NCBI GenBank assembly: GCA_021734445.1 | Contig: JAIPIY010000001.1 | Span: forward strand, 31,849 to 95,848 | Length of the DNA: 64,000 nt | Direction of reading: 5' to 3' | From: Minisyncoccota bacterium | GTDB taxonomy: Bacteria > Patescibacteriota > Minisyncoccia > Phycocordibacterales > UBA1006 | Shown: positions 18,372 through 28,812 of the stretch, one piece after another | Position numbering within the stretch: the stretch's first letter is position 1 | How the letters are laid out: each line of letters starts with the position of its first letter | Translations under genes and position numbers: made by a program | The notes under the pieces: model-generated | Seen by the model: only the letters and a program-made list of their open reading frames with translations | Databases searched by the model: none | What the model was told of the DNA's origin: nothing

Positions 18372-18875
18372 TTACTGAGTAAATTTTTCGTGACCAGTTT
18401 GATATGAATATAATTCTGATTCACTAAACCAATGAGCGATTTCTTGATTAGCTTCTTCTACATCACCTGACGCATGTACGATATTAGCAATACCTTTTTT
18501 CTTTACATCAGCATGACCAAAACTTGTATGTGCATAATCTCCACGAATGGTTCCTGGGGCAGCGCTTTTTGGCTCAGTAGCACCAACCATTTTTCGAATA
18601 AGAGCAACCGCTTCGACACCTTCTAATACCAAAGCCACAACCGGACCCTCATTCATCATATCCAAGGTAACATCAAAAGCTTCTTTTCCACGACGTGAGA
18701 CCATTTTTCCAATATTTTCATAATGATGAAAATAATGATCGTAATCTGGCTTTAACATTTTTACACCAATGATTTTAAGACCGGTCTTTTCAAAACGAGT
18801 CATAATTTCACCTACAATACCTCGTTGCACAGTATCTGGCTTTAATACCACTAATGAACGTTCTACTTTTTCCAT
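18372..18875 (-). CDS. ndk: Nucleoside diphosphate kinase
   Basis: ERSLVVLKPD, PGTIRGD, NIVHASG active His. Confidence 0.96.
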   Translation of the reverse strand: MEKVERSLVVLKPDTVQRGIVGEIMTRFEKTGLKIIGVKMLKPDYDHYFHHYENIGKMVSRRGKEAFDVTLDMMNEGPVVALVLEGVEAVALIRKMVGATEPKSAAPGTIRGDYAHTSFGHADVKKKGIANIVHASGDVEEANQEIAHWFSESELYSYQTGHEKFTQ

Positions 18876-18960
18876 ACGTATTATACAAGGATTTCTCCTC
18901 TTTTTTGATTACTTTCTAATATAGCACCATCATAGCTATTTCCTTGAAAATATGCAAACG

Positions 18961-21726
18961 CTAATTATTTTGCAATTTTCGCATAAATTCTGCTTCGACT
19001 TCTTCTCTTGGTCGACCAAATTTTAGATATGATAACTGTTTGATTTTCTCTGCTAATTCTTTGTCCCCTGGAGGAATAATGGACCAATGACATTCCATGT
19101 TAAATGGTTTTGTCGGTACACCCTTTAATAACATACTGACGTAGGAATTGAAATTATCTAATTTCATAATGTCTGTTGCTGTAAATGTTGGTGCGAATTT
19201 TTTAGAAAGAAATTCAGCATCTTCCGGACTAACACGATACACTGCCATAGATCCAACGTTGCCAAAAACAGCATCTCTAATTTTTTCTTCTAATTGAGAA
19301 ACATATTGGTGTGCAACATTTAATGACAATCGATATTTTCGTGCTTCGGACAAGATAGATGCAATAGAATCTGTGGTAACGTTTTGAAACTCGTCGATAT
19401 ACAAATAAAAATCATTCATCTTTTGTCCATACATATCCACACGCGACAAAGCCGCCATCTGAATTTTTCCTACTAAAATCATACCAATTAAATTTGCATT
19501 TATTTCACCCAATCTTCCTTTTGCCAGATTGACCAACAAAATTTTCTTTTCGTCCATAATCTTTCGGAAATTAAATGCAGATTTTTCTTGAGTAACAATA
19601 GGACGCATAATTTCATTTGAAAGAAATCCATCGAATTTACTGGTGATATAAGGGACAAAGTTTTCTAATCCTTGTTCCCCTGTTGTGGCTTCGGCATTTT
19701 TCCAGAATTGTGTAATCAATGGGTTTTTACAGTGAGATAATTTCATATCTCGAAATGCTTTGTCCGACAATACACGCCCAATTTCCAACAATGTGCTTCC
19801 TGATTCTGGATGTTCCATCACCAAACCAGTACTGTTTCGGAAATATTGTTCAAACATCGCACCTCCACCAGCTTTCATATCAAACAATTTATTAAAAATT
19901 CCCATGAGTTCGTTGATCACAAAAGTTTTTTGTTCTGGATAGTTTGGATCAAATTCCAACATGTTCAATCCCATGGGTCGCGCCATGTGTGCAGGATCAA
20001 AATAAATGACATCATCAACACGTTCTTTTGGAACATAACTGAGAATCTCTTGTACATCGGTACCGTGTGGGTCAATAAAACAACATCCTTCCCCATTACG
20101 AATATCTTGAGCAATCATATTTTTCATAATAGTTGTCTTACCGGTACCGGTTTGCCCAATAACATACATGTGTCGAACACGGTCTTCGCGGTCCATACGA
20201 ATTTCTAAATTTCTACCACGATATGCATTCAATCCCAAAAGAACTCCCTGTGCATCGGCAAATTCAGCAGATGCAGGAGAACCGCCCGCCTTTGATTGTT
20301 TTAATTGTGGAGAACCATCAGATTCAATAGGAAAATGATAGATAGTTGCTAACTCTTGGAGATTCAACGTAAACAGCTGTTTTTGATTATAGGTACGAAA
20401 TGTAAAAGAACGAATCAGTGCATCTAGATCAGATCCTTTTGGTTGTTCAAATTCAATACCATTTCCTTTTGTGTCGGTAAATTGATTAAATGCAGAAACT
20501 AATTCGTGTAAAATATCTTGAGCTCGCTCTCTTGTTTCTGCAGATGCGACAATACGTATATTTGTTTCAACAATAGTACTGCCTAATTTTTTCCCTAGAC
20601 TCTCGATAGCTCCTTCGTTTTTTGTTTTTACCCTGTCTTCTTGTTTTTTTGCATCATCTTTACTTTTTCCATTATCTTGCACTGAAGTAAATAATTCTTT
20701 ACCTGCCTTGTAAAAACCAAATGCTAAAGAACGTACAGATTTTACTGCATGAGAAAGACTTTCTCCTTTTTTCAGATTATCAAGAATAAGCCCATATTCA
20801 CGAACCAATGTATTACCCGCAGGAACAACAACAATTTGAAATGATGCACCTTCACCTTCGCGTTTCATTTTTGAAAATGCATTCAATAATACAGAAATGG
20901 GGTCATGTTCAAATACATCATGGGTTTTTAATGACAGAACATCGGATGTCATTGGTTTCGCATAGGCACCAACAACAGCACCTGATTCATGAAATATATT
21001 ATAGTCATCGAAAACTTCTTCTATTTTTGCATCTCGATATAACCCAAATACTTGTTTTTGAAAAAGATCAATTTTTATATTCGGTATCGCAACATAAAAA
21101 ATTACATCTTCTCCTGTTTGAGACAGAGCAACTTCTAATGTATAATAATTTTTTTCTTTGTTATTTTTTTCAGAACCAATAGATAGCATACCCGCATAAA
21201 ATTGCTCCATCAATGTAACGAACTCACGGTATGGTTTTGGTTCACCATTTTCTGGCGCAGGGAGGGTTACCTCGAACAATGTCATATTAATTGCCTTCCA
21301 CAATTCTTGACCTGGGCGCACGTCAGATACTGGATGTCCTGATTTTATATATTGAACCAAAAAACGGTGGAAATCATCTTCAAGATGAGGATCACGCATT
21401 TTTTCAATAACGGTCAATGTGTTTCGGACACCTTTTTCCAACATAACACCGTATAGTTCACCAATTTGTTCGTCGTGTTTTTCTGGAGATAACCGCAATG
21501 CAACTGCCTCTGCTTCGTGTTCTTGGATATGAATTTCTTCTGCCAATGTGTGTTCAGGTGCCAGTTCTGAATATTCTTGGACTAATTCATGTGCAATATT
21601 TTCCAATGGTTTTTCTGGAGTTTCAATATTTGACTTTTGTTCACGACGTGACAACTCCTGACGCAAAAAAGCTATTTCTTCGTCAGGCGTTACAAATTTT
21701 TTCGGTATTTCAATATTTCCCTCCAT
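18961..21726 (-). CDS. VirD4/TraG/HerA-like P-loop ATPase (CPR stand-alone type)
   Basis: RHMYVIGQTGTGKT, IDPHG, YIDEFQN, SEARKY, AHQY. Confidence 0.88.
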   Translation of the reverse strand: MEGNIEIPKKFVTPDEEIAFLRQELSRREQKSNIETPEKPLENIAHELVQEYSELAPEHTLAEEIHIQEHEAEAVALRLSPEKHDEQIGELYGVMLEKGVRNTLTVIEKMRDPHLEDDFHRFLVQYIKSGHPVSDVRPGQELWKAINMTLFEVTLPAPENGEPKPYREFVTLMEQFYAGMLSIGSEKNNKEKNYYTLEVALSQTGEDVIFYVAIPNIKIDLFQKQVFGLYRDAKIEEVFDDYNIFHESGAVVGAYAKPMTSDVLSLKTHDVFEHDPISVLLNAFSKMKREGEGASFQIVVVPAGNTLVREYGLILDNLKKGESLSHAVKSVRSLAFGFYKAGKELFTSVQDNGKSKDDAKKQEDRVKTKNEGAIESLGKKLGSTIVETNIRIVASAETRERAQDILHELVSAFNQFTDTKGNGIEFEQPKGSDLDALIRSFTFRTYNQKQLFTLNLQELATIYHFPIESDGSPQLKQSKAGGSPASAEFADAQGVLLGLNAYRGRNLEIRMDREDRVRHMYVIGQTGTGKTTIMKNMIAQDIRNGEGCCFIDPHGTDVQEILSYVPKERVDDVIYFDPAHMARPMGLNMLEFDPNYPEQKTFVINELMGIFNKLFDMKAGGGAMFEQYFRNSTGLVMEHPESGSTLLEIGRVLSDKAFRDMKLSHCKNPLITQFWKNAEATTGEQGLENFVPYITSKFDGFLSNEIMRPIVTQEKSAFNFRKIMDEKKILLVNLAKGRLGEINANLIGMILVGKIQMAALSRVDMYGQKMNDFYLYIDEFQNVTTDSIASILSEARKYRLSLNVAHQYVSQLEEKIRDAVFGNVGSMAVYRVSPEDAEFLSKKFAPTFTATDIMKLDNFNSYVSMLLKGVPTKPFNMECHWSIIPPGDKELAEKIKQLSYLKFGRPREEVEAEFMRKLQNN

Positions 21727-21750
21727 AGATATACACCAGTATACACTATT

Positions 21751-22524
21751 CTATACAATTTGTGTAAGAATGATTGGGTCCCCATCAGTGATTAAAACGG
21801 TGTGTTCAAAATGAGCAGATAGAGAATTATCTGCTGTAATAACCGTATATTCATCATCTAAAAAAATCACATCATCAGTACCCAATGTCACCATCGGTTC
21901 AATCGCCAATACCATACCAGGAACTAAAGGTGTTCCTTTGCCCTTTTTACCATAGTTAGGAACATAGGGTGGTTCATGTACTGCATAACCAACCCCATGA
22001 CCAGCCAACACGCGAATGGTGCCATACGAAGACCCTACAACCTGATGTACAGCATGACCAATATCACCCGTTGTATTTCCTGCTCGAGCCTGGTCAATGC
22101 CGGCGTACATGGCATTTTGTGTTATGTTTATTAAATCATACAATTGTTGTGATACCTTGCCCACTGGGACAGTAACCGCGTGATCTACAAAAAGACCTCG
22201 GTGGCAAATACCACAATCCAATGAAACAATATCCCCTTCTTTAAATACTTTTTCTGCATGAGGAATACCATGCACTATTTCTTCGTTGATTGATACACAC
22301 AATGTATTGGGATATGGATTGGTAACACCATCAGGTGTGTAATCCAAAAATGCTGGTGTGTCACCCTGTTTTGTAATCCATGCATATGCAAAATCATCCA
22401 GCTCTTTTGCTGATACACCTGGAGCAACCATGCCCGAAAGGATCTGCAATAATGTTCCTAATCTTTTTCCTGCTTCCTGAAGAATGATTTGATCTTCTTT
22501 TGTTTTAATAGTGATTTCTGGCAT
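21751..22524 (-). CDS. map: Methionine aminopeptidase type I
   Basis: CVSINEEIVHGIP, DCG..VDHA, GHGVG..VHE, AIEPM, SAHFEHT; start MPEIT. Confidence 0.96.
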   Translation of the reverse strand: MPEITIKTKEDQIILQEAGKRLGTLLQILSGMVAPGVSAKELDDFAYAWITKQGDTPAFLDYTPDGVTNPYPNTLCVSINEEIVHGIPHAEKVFKEGDIVSLDCGICHRGLFVDHAVTVPVGKVSQQLYDLINITQNAMYAGIDQARAGNTTGDIGHAVHQVVGSSYGTIRVLAGHGVGYAVHEPPYVPNYGKKGKGTPLVPGMVLAIEPMVTLGTDDVIFLDDEYTVITADNSLSAHFEHTVLITDGDPIILTQIV

Positions 22525-22529
22525 ACGTA

Positions 22530-23228
22530 TTATGGATGAATAATCGTTCCTGTGAATGCGTCTCCATCGAGACACTTTGCAATATTTTCTATTGACCCAC
22601 CACCACAGATAGACACACTGATTCCTGCTTTTTCTGCTTGGGCAGATGCGATTGGGTCAAAAGGAGTGCTCAGGCCAGGACTCCATTCTGTTGGTAATAA
22701 CGATCGATATTTTTCCCATGATAATTCGGTAAATTTCTCTGCATCGGGTTGTATGCGAGGGTCTGCCGAATATACATGTTCAATATTAGAGAGATTCACA
22801 ACCCTGCCAGTTCCAAATCTTTCCGCTAATAAAATAGCATCATAATCAGTACTCCATCCGGGCTTCCACCCACCACCAATAATTACCGGAGATTGTGTAT
22901 CTATGGCAACTGTTGGGTCAGAAATAATTTCAGATGAAGCTATATCACCAAATAGTATTTTTAACATATGTGCATGCAAATGGGTTGTATGAATACCAAT
23001 CCAATCCAAATCTGTATTGGATACATCACGCACGCGACCAGCGGATTCTTGATAATTACGACAGGTTGCACCACCACCAACAATAATAATAAATCGAGAA
23101 CCTTTTTCTACTCTTTCTTTGATTAACGAAATAAAATTCTTTACGAATACATCATCAAATCCTGATTTTGGAACAACCAGAGACCCACCCAGAGAACACA
23201 CAATGTATGATGATGATTCTTTTTGCAT
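22530..23228 (-). CDS. pyrH: UMP kinase (archaeal-type PyrH)
   Basis: SLGGS, VGGG..R.YQ, DWIGI, PGWSTDYDA, DP, PFDP. Confidence 0.9.
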   Translation of the reverse strand: MQKESSSYIVCSLGGSLVVPKSGFDDVFVKNFISLIKERVEKGSRFIIIVGGGATCRNYQESAGRVRDVSNTDLDWIGIHTTHLHAHMLKILFGDIASSEIISDPTVAIDTQSPVIIGGGWKPGWSTDYDAILLAERFGTGRVVNLSNIEHVYSADPRIQPDAEKFTELSWEKYRSLLPTEWSPGLSTPFDPIASAQAEKAGISVSICGGGSIENIAKCLDGDAFTGTIIHP

Positions 23229-23233
23229 ATATA

Positions 23234-23821
23234 TTATTGTTTAAAATATAATTGAATATCCTGATGAATATCTTGAATAGATTTTTCACCCTGAATATCT
23301 ATCACGTGATACCGATCATGGTTTTTATAATATTCTAATATTGGTTTTGTTAATGTGTGATATTGTTCCAAACGTTTTGCAATGGCTTCGTCATGGTCGT
23401 CTTCTCGTGATCGACTGTGCATACGCTTTATTGATTCTGCATCAGATACCTGAAGATGAATTACTATGACTTTTTCTTTTTTATAAAAATCAAGAGCTGA
23501 TTCCAATACTTCTGATTCTAATAAGGTGCGTGGATACCCATCAATCAACATGTGCTCATTTCCAGAGAGGCTTTGCACAAAAGCACCCCCCCACATCCAT
23601 ACCGTTAAAAACAAGGGTTGCAAAACACCCTGGTGCATACGTTCAGCAACAATTTTACTGGTATGATTATCATCCTTCATTAATGATCGAAATCCATCCC
23701 CTGTTGCGAAATGAAATATTGGGGTATCTGACATATCTTGAAAAAAGGAACGGAGTAATTCAACTTGCGTTCCTTTTCCTGATCCCTGAGGACCCATAAA
23801 AATGACTGTGTATGGTTGCAT
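23234..23821 (-). CDS. adk: Adenylate kinase (short LID)
   Basis: GPQGSGKGTQ, TGDGFR, IDGYPRT, RSREDD. Confidence 0.9.
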   Translation of the reverse strand: MQPYTVIFMGPQGSGKGTQVELLRSFFQDMSDTPIFHFATGDGFRSLMKDDNHTSKIVAERMHQGVLQPLFLTVWMWGGAFVQSLSGNEHMLIDGYPRTLLESEVLESALDFYKKEKVIVIHLQVSDAESIKRMHSRSREDDHDEAIAKRLEQYHTLTKPILEYYKNHDRYHVIDIQGEKSIQDIHQDIQLYFKQ

Positions 23822-23853
23822 GTGCTACCCAGTATATCAGAAAAAAAATGAAA

Positions 23854-23889
23854 ACAAAACCCCATTACTCGCGAGCAATAGGGTTTTGT
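23854..23889 (-). terminator. Intrinsic terminator
   Basis: ACAAAACCC..GGGTTTTGT hairpin after the 827-aa gene. Confidence 0.6.
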
Positions 23890-23908
23890 ATGACATTAGC
23901 TATTGTAC

Positions 23909-26392
23909 CTATAACACCGCACACGTTCGTATTCCTGCAACACCATCTACCGTAAGATTCTTTTGACTTTGGAAGTTTCGTACTGCTTGTTCTGTTTGTG
24001 GTCCAAATATTCCATCAGCAGGGGTGATGTTCAGTTTTGTTTGCAGGATACGTACTTGTTCACCTGTAGAGCCTCTTTTGAGTGATGGTGTACAAGAGAG
24101 AGAGTCTGAAGATGATTGGAGTTGTTGGAGAAGAGCTTGGAGTTCTGCTAGTTTCTTTGTTAATGATTCAATAGTTGGAGTTTCATTGTCAAAGAGGTTT
24201 GGAAATTGATCTTTGATTTCTTGTGCTTGTTCTGTTTTTCCTTGTTTTTCTAGGTTTGATACTGATTGTTGTACTGAGCCTCCAGAGGAACGGCGGGTGG
24301 GGGTTGGTTGTTCTTCGACATCTTCTGAAACGGGTATTACCCAAATTGCTGTTGAGCCTTCTTCTGTCCAAAGCACGGGATACGGTGATGCAAACTCTTC
24401 GTCTAATTCGAGCATATCCCATGTTTCATACGTATCAATATTGGACATCTGCGCCGTTGTTTTTCCTGTGCCAGCCGAGCTTGTTGATTGTCCAGAAGTT
24501 TCTATATCCCAATATGCATATGTTATTTCACCATCATTATTTGATTCAAGCCCAACTAATCCACCTACATTTGTATTACCAGTTACTGCTCCGGTAGAGT
24601 AGACACGGTTAATATATCCACCACCCGCAGGAATATCTCCGATCTGACCGACAAAACCAACAAATCCACCCACCATATCAGTTCCTGTAACATCTCCTGT
24701 TGCAAGAGAGTCTTCGATAATACCACCCATAGCAACAAGCCCCACAAAACCACCAGTTGATTCTACCGACTCTTCGCCTTCATATATAACGTCTCCTGTT
24801 GCAAAGGATGTCGTAATGCGAGCGCCCGCTCCTAATAAACCAACAAATCCACCTGTCATATGATCCTGAACATATACTGAGGCTTGTGATCCTGCATTCT
24901 GAATAAGAAGATTCTGACCAAACACGAGTCCCGCAAAACCTCCCGATGCTTCATATCCATATATTGAAACTCCCTCGTCTATATATACGTTATCTATTAT
25001 TATTGGTGAAGCACCAGAATCTGTATCTATATTCCCAGCAAAACCACCGGTGTCACTACCTGATTCTGAAGAAATAGTCGTGTCACCCTGGATAGATACT
25101 GCGTTTACACTTCCGCCGTACACACTTCCCACGGCACCACCAATACGACTATACCCCGAGACAAGAGCATCTGAAACTGTTATATCCATAATAGTACCAA
25201 AACTCCGCCCAGCGAGAGACCCTACACCAGACCCTATAGTTAATTCAAGAGTATCAACCGCAATAACAAAATTAGATAATGTCACATCAAAGACAACTCC
25301 ATTTTCACCAATCACTCCAAAAAGTCCTTGATTATTGTCAGCGCGCGTGATAGCCAATCCAGAAATAGTGTGTCCGTTTCCATCAAGGACTCCTGTGAAA
25401 TTGTCATCAACACCTCCCACAGGGACGAACCCATCTCCCTCGTTCCAATTCACCGTATCAGCACAATCAATATCATTTTGTAATTGATAATACGCTGATA
25501 TATCTTCATTCATGCTTTGTAATTGTTCACAATCGGTGATTTGATAGGGGTCTTCTTCATTCCCAGCCCCTAGCATAGATGGAATAATGTATGCATCCGC
25601 AGTGGTAAAATCACCATTAGACAAACCAATACCACCCACTGGATTTTCATCCACACCCACTACAGTATCATCATCCAAAAATGCCAAATGTAATGTTCCG
25701 CTTCCTATACCGCGATCAACCGTAATATGATATACAGCACCACCAGAACCAGCGACCAGGTCCGCAGCCCACGAATTCACAAACCCTTCTAGTATTAAAG
25801 CGGTATGGCCTGTTCCATTTTCAAAAGTAATATACACACCACCTCCTAGATATTGGGCTACACCGGGAGTAATTTCGACAGACGTAGGAGGCCCATCACC
25901 ACCATAGGGTGCATCTGAAATATCACAATCACCTTGACCTGGCAAGAAACCATAAATAAACGTATCATTATCTAAACCATTTCCCGGAGCAAGGGAATCT
26001 ACCCCTAAAATCATACTACACCCCTGGACCGTACTATTAAATTCTCCAGAAAATATAGCGTCGTCAAGTCCTGTGCCTGTATACACAGTGGTACCAACAC
26101 TACCTGGAACCACATCGGCAACATCGATAGAGACAATTGATTCACCTACAATATCACCAGTAGTAGTAACTTGGAAATCACCTCCATCTAAACCAGAGAC
26201 TTCTTCTGAGAATGTAATTTCAAAGACTAACTCTTGGTCTTGGGTTGGGTTGTCATTCAGTAGCTCAATCGAGAGTACTGTCGGATGACTGTCTGCAGAT
26301 ACCATTGAATAACCATTAACGAATCCAAATGAAATAAATCCTAAAATTAAAAAACTCAAAACTGCATTAAATTTATATTGTGGTAACCTCAT
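23909..26392 (-). CDS. Large secreted acidic protein with Ig-like region, GLUG repeats and C-terminal PG_binding_1 domain
   Basis: Signal peptide; TFSEEVSG; GNEEDPYQIT, LDGNGHTISGL, repeated TGGFVG/VGGLVG; LKRGSTGEQVRILQ..DGIFGPQT. Confidence 0.85.
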   Translation of the reverse strand: MRLPQYKFNAVLSFLILGFISFGFVNGYSMVSADSHPTVLSIELLNDNPTQDQELVFEITFSEEVSGLDGGDFQVTTTGDIVGESIVSIDVADVVPGSVGTTVYTGTGLDDAIFSGEFNSTVQGCSMILGVDSLAPGNGLDNDTFIYGFLPGQGDCDISDAPYGGDGPPTSVEITPGVAQYLGGGVYITFENGTGHTALILEGFVNSWAADLVAGSGGAVYHITVDRGIGSGTLHLAFLDDDTVVGVDENPVGGIGLSNGDFTTADAYIIPSMLGAGNEEDPYQITDCEQLQSMNEDISAYYQLQNDIDCADTVNWNEGDGFVPVGGVDDNFTGVLDGNGHTISGLAITRADNNQGLFGVIGENGVVFDVTLSNFVIAVDTLELTIGSGVGSLAGRSFGTIMDITVSDALVSGYSRIGGAVGSVYGGSVNAVSIQGDTTISSESGSDTGGFAGNIDTDSGASPIIIDNVYIDEGVSIYGYEASGGFAGLVFGQNLLIQNAGSQASVYVQDHMTGGFVGLLGAGARITTSFATGDVIYEGEESVESTGGFVGLVAMGGIIEDSLATGDVTGTDMVGGFVGFVGQIGDIPAGGGYINRVYSTGAVTGNTNVGGLVGLESNNDGEITYAYWDIETSGQSTSSAGTGKTTAQMSNIDTYETWDMLELDEEFASPYPVLWTEEGSTAIWVIPVSEDVEEQPTPTRRSSGGSVQQSVSNLEKQGKTEQAQEIKDQFPNLFDNETPTIESLTKKLAELQALLQQLQSSSDSLSCTPSLKRGSTGEQVRILQTKLNITPADGIFGPQTEQAVRNFQSQKNLTVDGVAGIRTCAVL

Positions 26393-26516
26393 ACTATTTT
26401 TATTAATTTAAACTTTTATATAAATATAGTATAGCATGTTTTATTGTGGGAGTGTAGAAATTTTGGAATAAACTACACTGCGTGCAATATAATTTAAAAT
26501 ATGTTTCAATATATCT

Positions 26517-27089
26517 ATGAATAAAAAACATATCATCACTATTGCAGGCAGATTGGGTAGTGGAAAATCCAGTACTGCAAATAAAATTGCAGAAAAACTA
26601 GACTATCACCGATTTTCATCTGGTGATTTTATGCGATCAATTGCAGAAAAACACACTGTTACCTTACAAGAATTATCAGAAATGGCGGAACGCGACCCAT
26701 CTATTGATCATGAAATAGATGGCGAAGTTAAAAATGCAGGAGAAAAAGATAATCTTGTTATAGATTCTCGTTTGGCATTTCATTGGATTCCTGAATCTTT
26801 CAAGGTATATCTGTATTTACGTCCTGAAATTGCTGCAGATCGTATTCTTTTAGATGCACAAGATAATCCCAATCGATACGCCGAAGGATACGCATCTTTG
26901 ACAAAAGAATCAGTTACAGAAAGCATCACGACAAGATTAGAAAGCGAGAAAAAAAGATACAAAGCATTGTATAACATCGATCATACAAATCCAGAAAATT
27001 TTGATCTTATAATAGATACTGAAAAAAATAACCTCGACGAGGTTGTCGAGATTATTTTAGAAAAATATCAATCTTGGTTACAAGAATAA
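26517..27089 (+). CDS. cmk: Cytidylate kinase (archaeal-type)
   Basis: ITIAGRLGSGKS, SSGDFMR, IDSRLA, KRYKALYNID, DLIIDT. Confidence 0.85.
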   Translation: MNKKHIITIAGRLGSGKSSTANKIAEKLDYHRFSSGDFMRSIAEKHTVTLQELSEMAERDPSIDHEIDGEVKNAGEKDNLVIDSRLAFHWIPESFKVYLYLRPEIAADRILLDAQDNPNRYAEGYASLTKESVTESITTRLESEKKRYKALYNIDHTNPENFDLIIDTEKNNLDEVVEIILEKYQSWLQE

Positions 27090-27090
27090 A

Positions 27091-28365
27091 TTAATATTCC
27101 CGCATAGACAGCTGAGCATCGTATTTTTTGAACAAGTCAATTACTACTGACACCACAATCAACAAAGCAGTTCCACCAATAGCAAATGATGCAACACCTG
27201 TTACAGACTGGAGAACAATAGGTAATACTGCAACCAACCCAAGGAATAACCCACCCACTAACGTAATGCGGTTCATGACTGTTGAAATATATTTAGTAGT
27301 TGCTTCACCTGGACGTACACCTGGTACGAATGCTCCATTTTTTTGTAGATTAGAAGCAACTGATTCCGGTTCAAAAGTAATAGCAGTATAAAAATAGGTA
27401 AAGAGAAATACTAACAAGAAATATGTAATTCCATATACCCAGCTATTTTCAAAAATTCGGATAATGCTCGATCCTAGAGATTGTAACGATGCAGTAGAGC
27501 TAGCAGCCATAAAACTACCAACCATTTGAGGGAATAACAAAATAGACATAGCGAAGATAATTGGCATCACACCTGCCTGACTGATACGCAATGGTAGATA
27601 GGTTGAAACACCACCAGTAACCTGCCCACCTGAACGTACCTGGCGTGCGTAGGTAATAGGAATTGGTCGTTCTGCTTCTGTAACTAAAACGATTCCATAA
27701 ATAATAACTAATGCAATAATTCCAAAACCAATATAGGTCAAAAGCTGACTTGGGTCATATGCAAACAATAGTTGTCCAACTTCGCGAGGTAATGCAGCAA
27801 CGATACCGGCAAAAATCAAAATAGAAACACCGTTTCCAATTCCAAATTCAGTAATCAATTCCCCTATCCACATCAAGAACATTGCAGTTGCAGTAATTAC
27901 AACAACATTAAATATTTGATCAGCAAAAGAGATATCCATCAAAACTCCCTGTTTTTGCAAAAAAGACAACAAGAAATATCCCTGGAAAGCAGCCAAGGGT
28001 ACGGTTAATAATCGAGAATATTGATTAAATTTCTTTCGTCCAGCTTCACCTTCATCATGATACAAGGTTTTTAGACCAGGAATCATAATGGTAGATAATT
28101 GCATAATAATCGAAGCAGTAATGTAAGGACCTACCCCAAGCATCGCAATAGATAATTGTGATAATCCACCTCCAGAAAATACATTCAAAAATCCAAATAA
28201 TTGGTTATTTGAAAGAAATGAAGATAATGCGGCAGTATCAACTCCAGGAATCGGAATTGAAGTTAAAAGACGAAATAATATTAGCAAACCCAAAACAACG
28301 AGTGTTTTATTACGAACACTTGGATCAAGAAAAAATATTTTTAGTTTTGAAACAAATGAGTTCAT
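27091..28365 (-). CDS. secY: Preprotein translocase SecY
   Basis: IPIPG, LGVGPYITASIIMQL, GIGNGVS, AGVMPIIFA, VPGVRPG, GGTALLIVV. Confidence 0.98.
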   Translation of the reverse strand: MNSFVSKLKIFFLDPSVRNKTLVVLGLLILFRLLTSIPIPGVDTAALSSFLSNNQLFGFLNVFSGGGLSQLSIAMLGVGPYITASIIMQLSTIMIPGLKTLYHDEGEAGRKKFNQYSRLLTVPLAAFQGYFLLSFLQKQGVLMDISFADQIFNVVVITATAMFLMWIGELITEFGIGNGVSILIFAGIVAALPREVGQLLFAYDPSQLLTYIGFGIIALVIIYGIVLVTEAERPIPITYARQVRSGGQVTGGVSTYLPLRISQAGVMPIIFAMSILLFPQMVGSFMAASSTASLQSLGSSIIRIFENSWVYGITYFLLVFLFTYFYTAITFEPESVASNLQKNGAFVPGVRPGEATTKYISTVMNRITLVGGLFLGLVAVLPIVLQSVTGVASFAIGGTALLIVVSVVIDLFKKYDAQLSMREY

Positions 28366-28373
28366 ATAATGGG

Positions 28374-28802
28374 TTAAGCGAAAGATCCTCCTAGTGCTTC
28401 TATTTTCTGTCGTGCAGAAGCCGAAGCAGTACAGCCTTCGATAACAAGTTTTTTAGATAATTCCCCACGACCTAGTATTTTTACACCCAAAGTCATAGCT
28501 TGACGTGGTACCAAAGATTTTTGTATTAATGTTTCAAAAGTTACTTTTTCACCATCAGAAAATGCAAGATTCAAATCTGAAAGATTTACTTCACATGCAG
28601 GTTTTCTTGGAGAAGAAAATCGATATCCTCGTAATTTTGGTAGTTTTTTGATCATGTCTCGAACAGCTGGTCGAGTACTGTTTCCAGCACGCGCGTTTTG
28701 TCCTTTGTGGCCACGTCCTGAAGTTTTTCCACGAGTACCCCCACGTCCAACAACCTTCTTTGTTGTATTTTTTGTTTTTCGTTGTAATGTTCCTAAGTGC
28801 AT
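28374..28802 (-). CDS. rplO: 50S ribosomal protein L15
   Basis: VGRGGTRGKTSGRGHKGQ, VKILGRG, IEALGG. Confidence 0.97.
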   Translation of the reverse strand: MHLGTLQRKTKNTTKKVVGRGGTRGKTSGRGHKGQNARAGNSTRPAVRDMIKKLPKLRGYRFSSPRKPACEVNLSDLNLAFSDGEKVTFETLIQKSLVPRQAMTLGVKILGRGELSKKLVIEGCTASASARQKIEALGGSFA

Positions 28803-28812
28803 ATAATTATGA

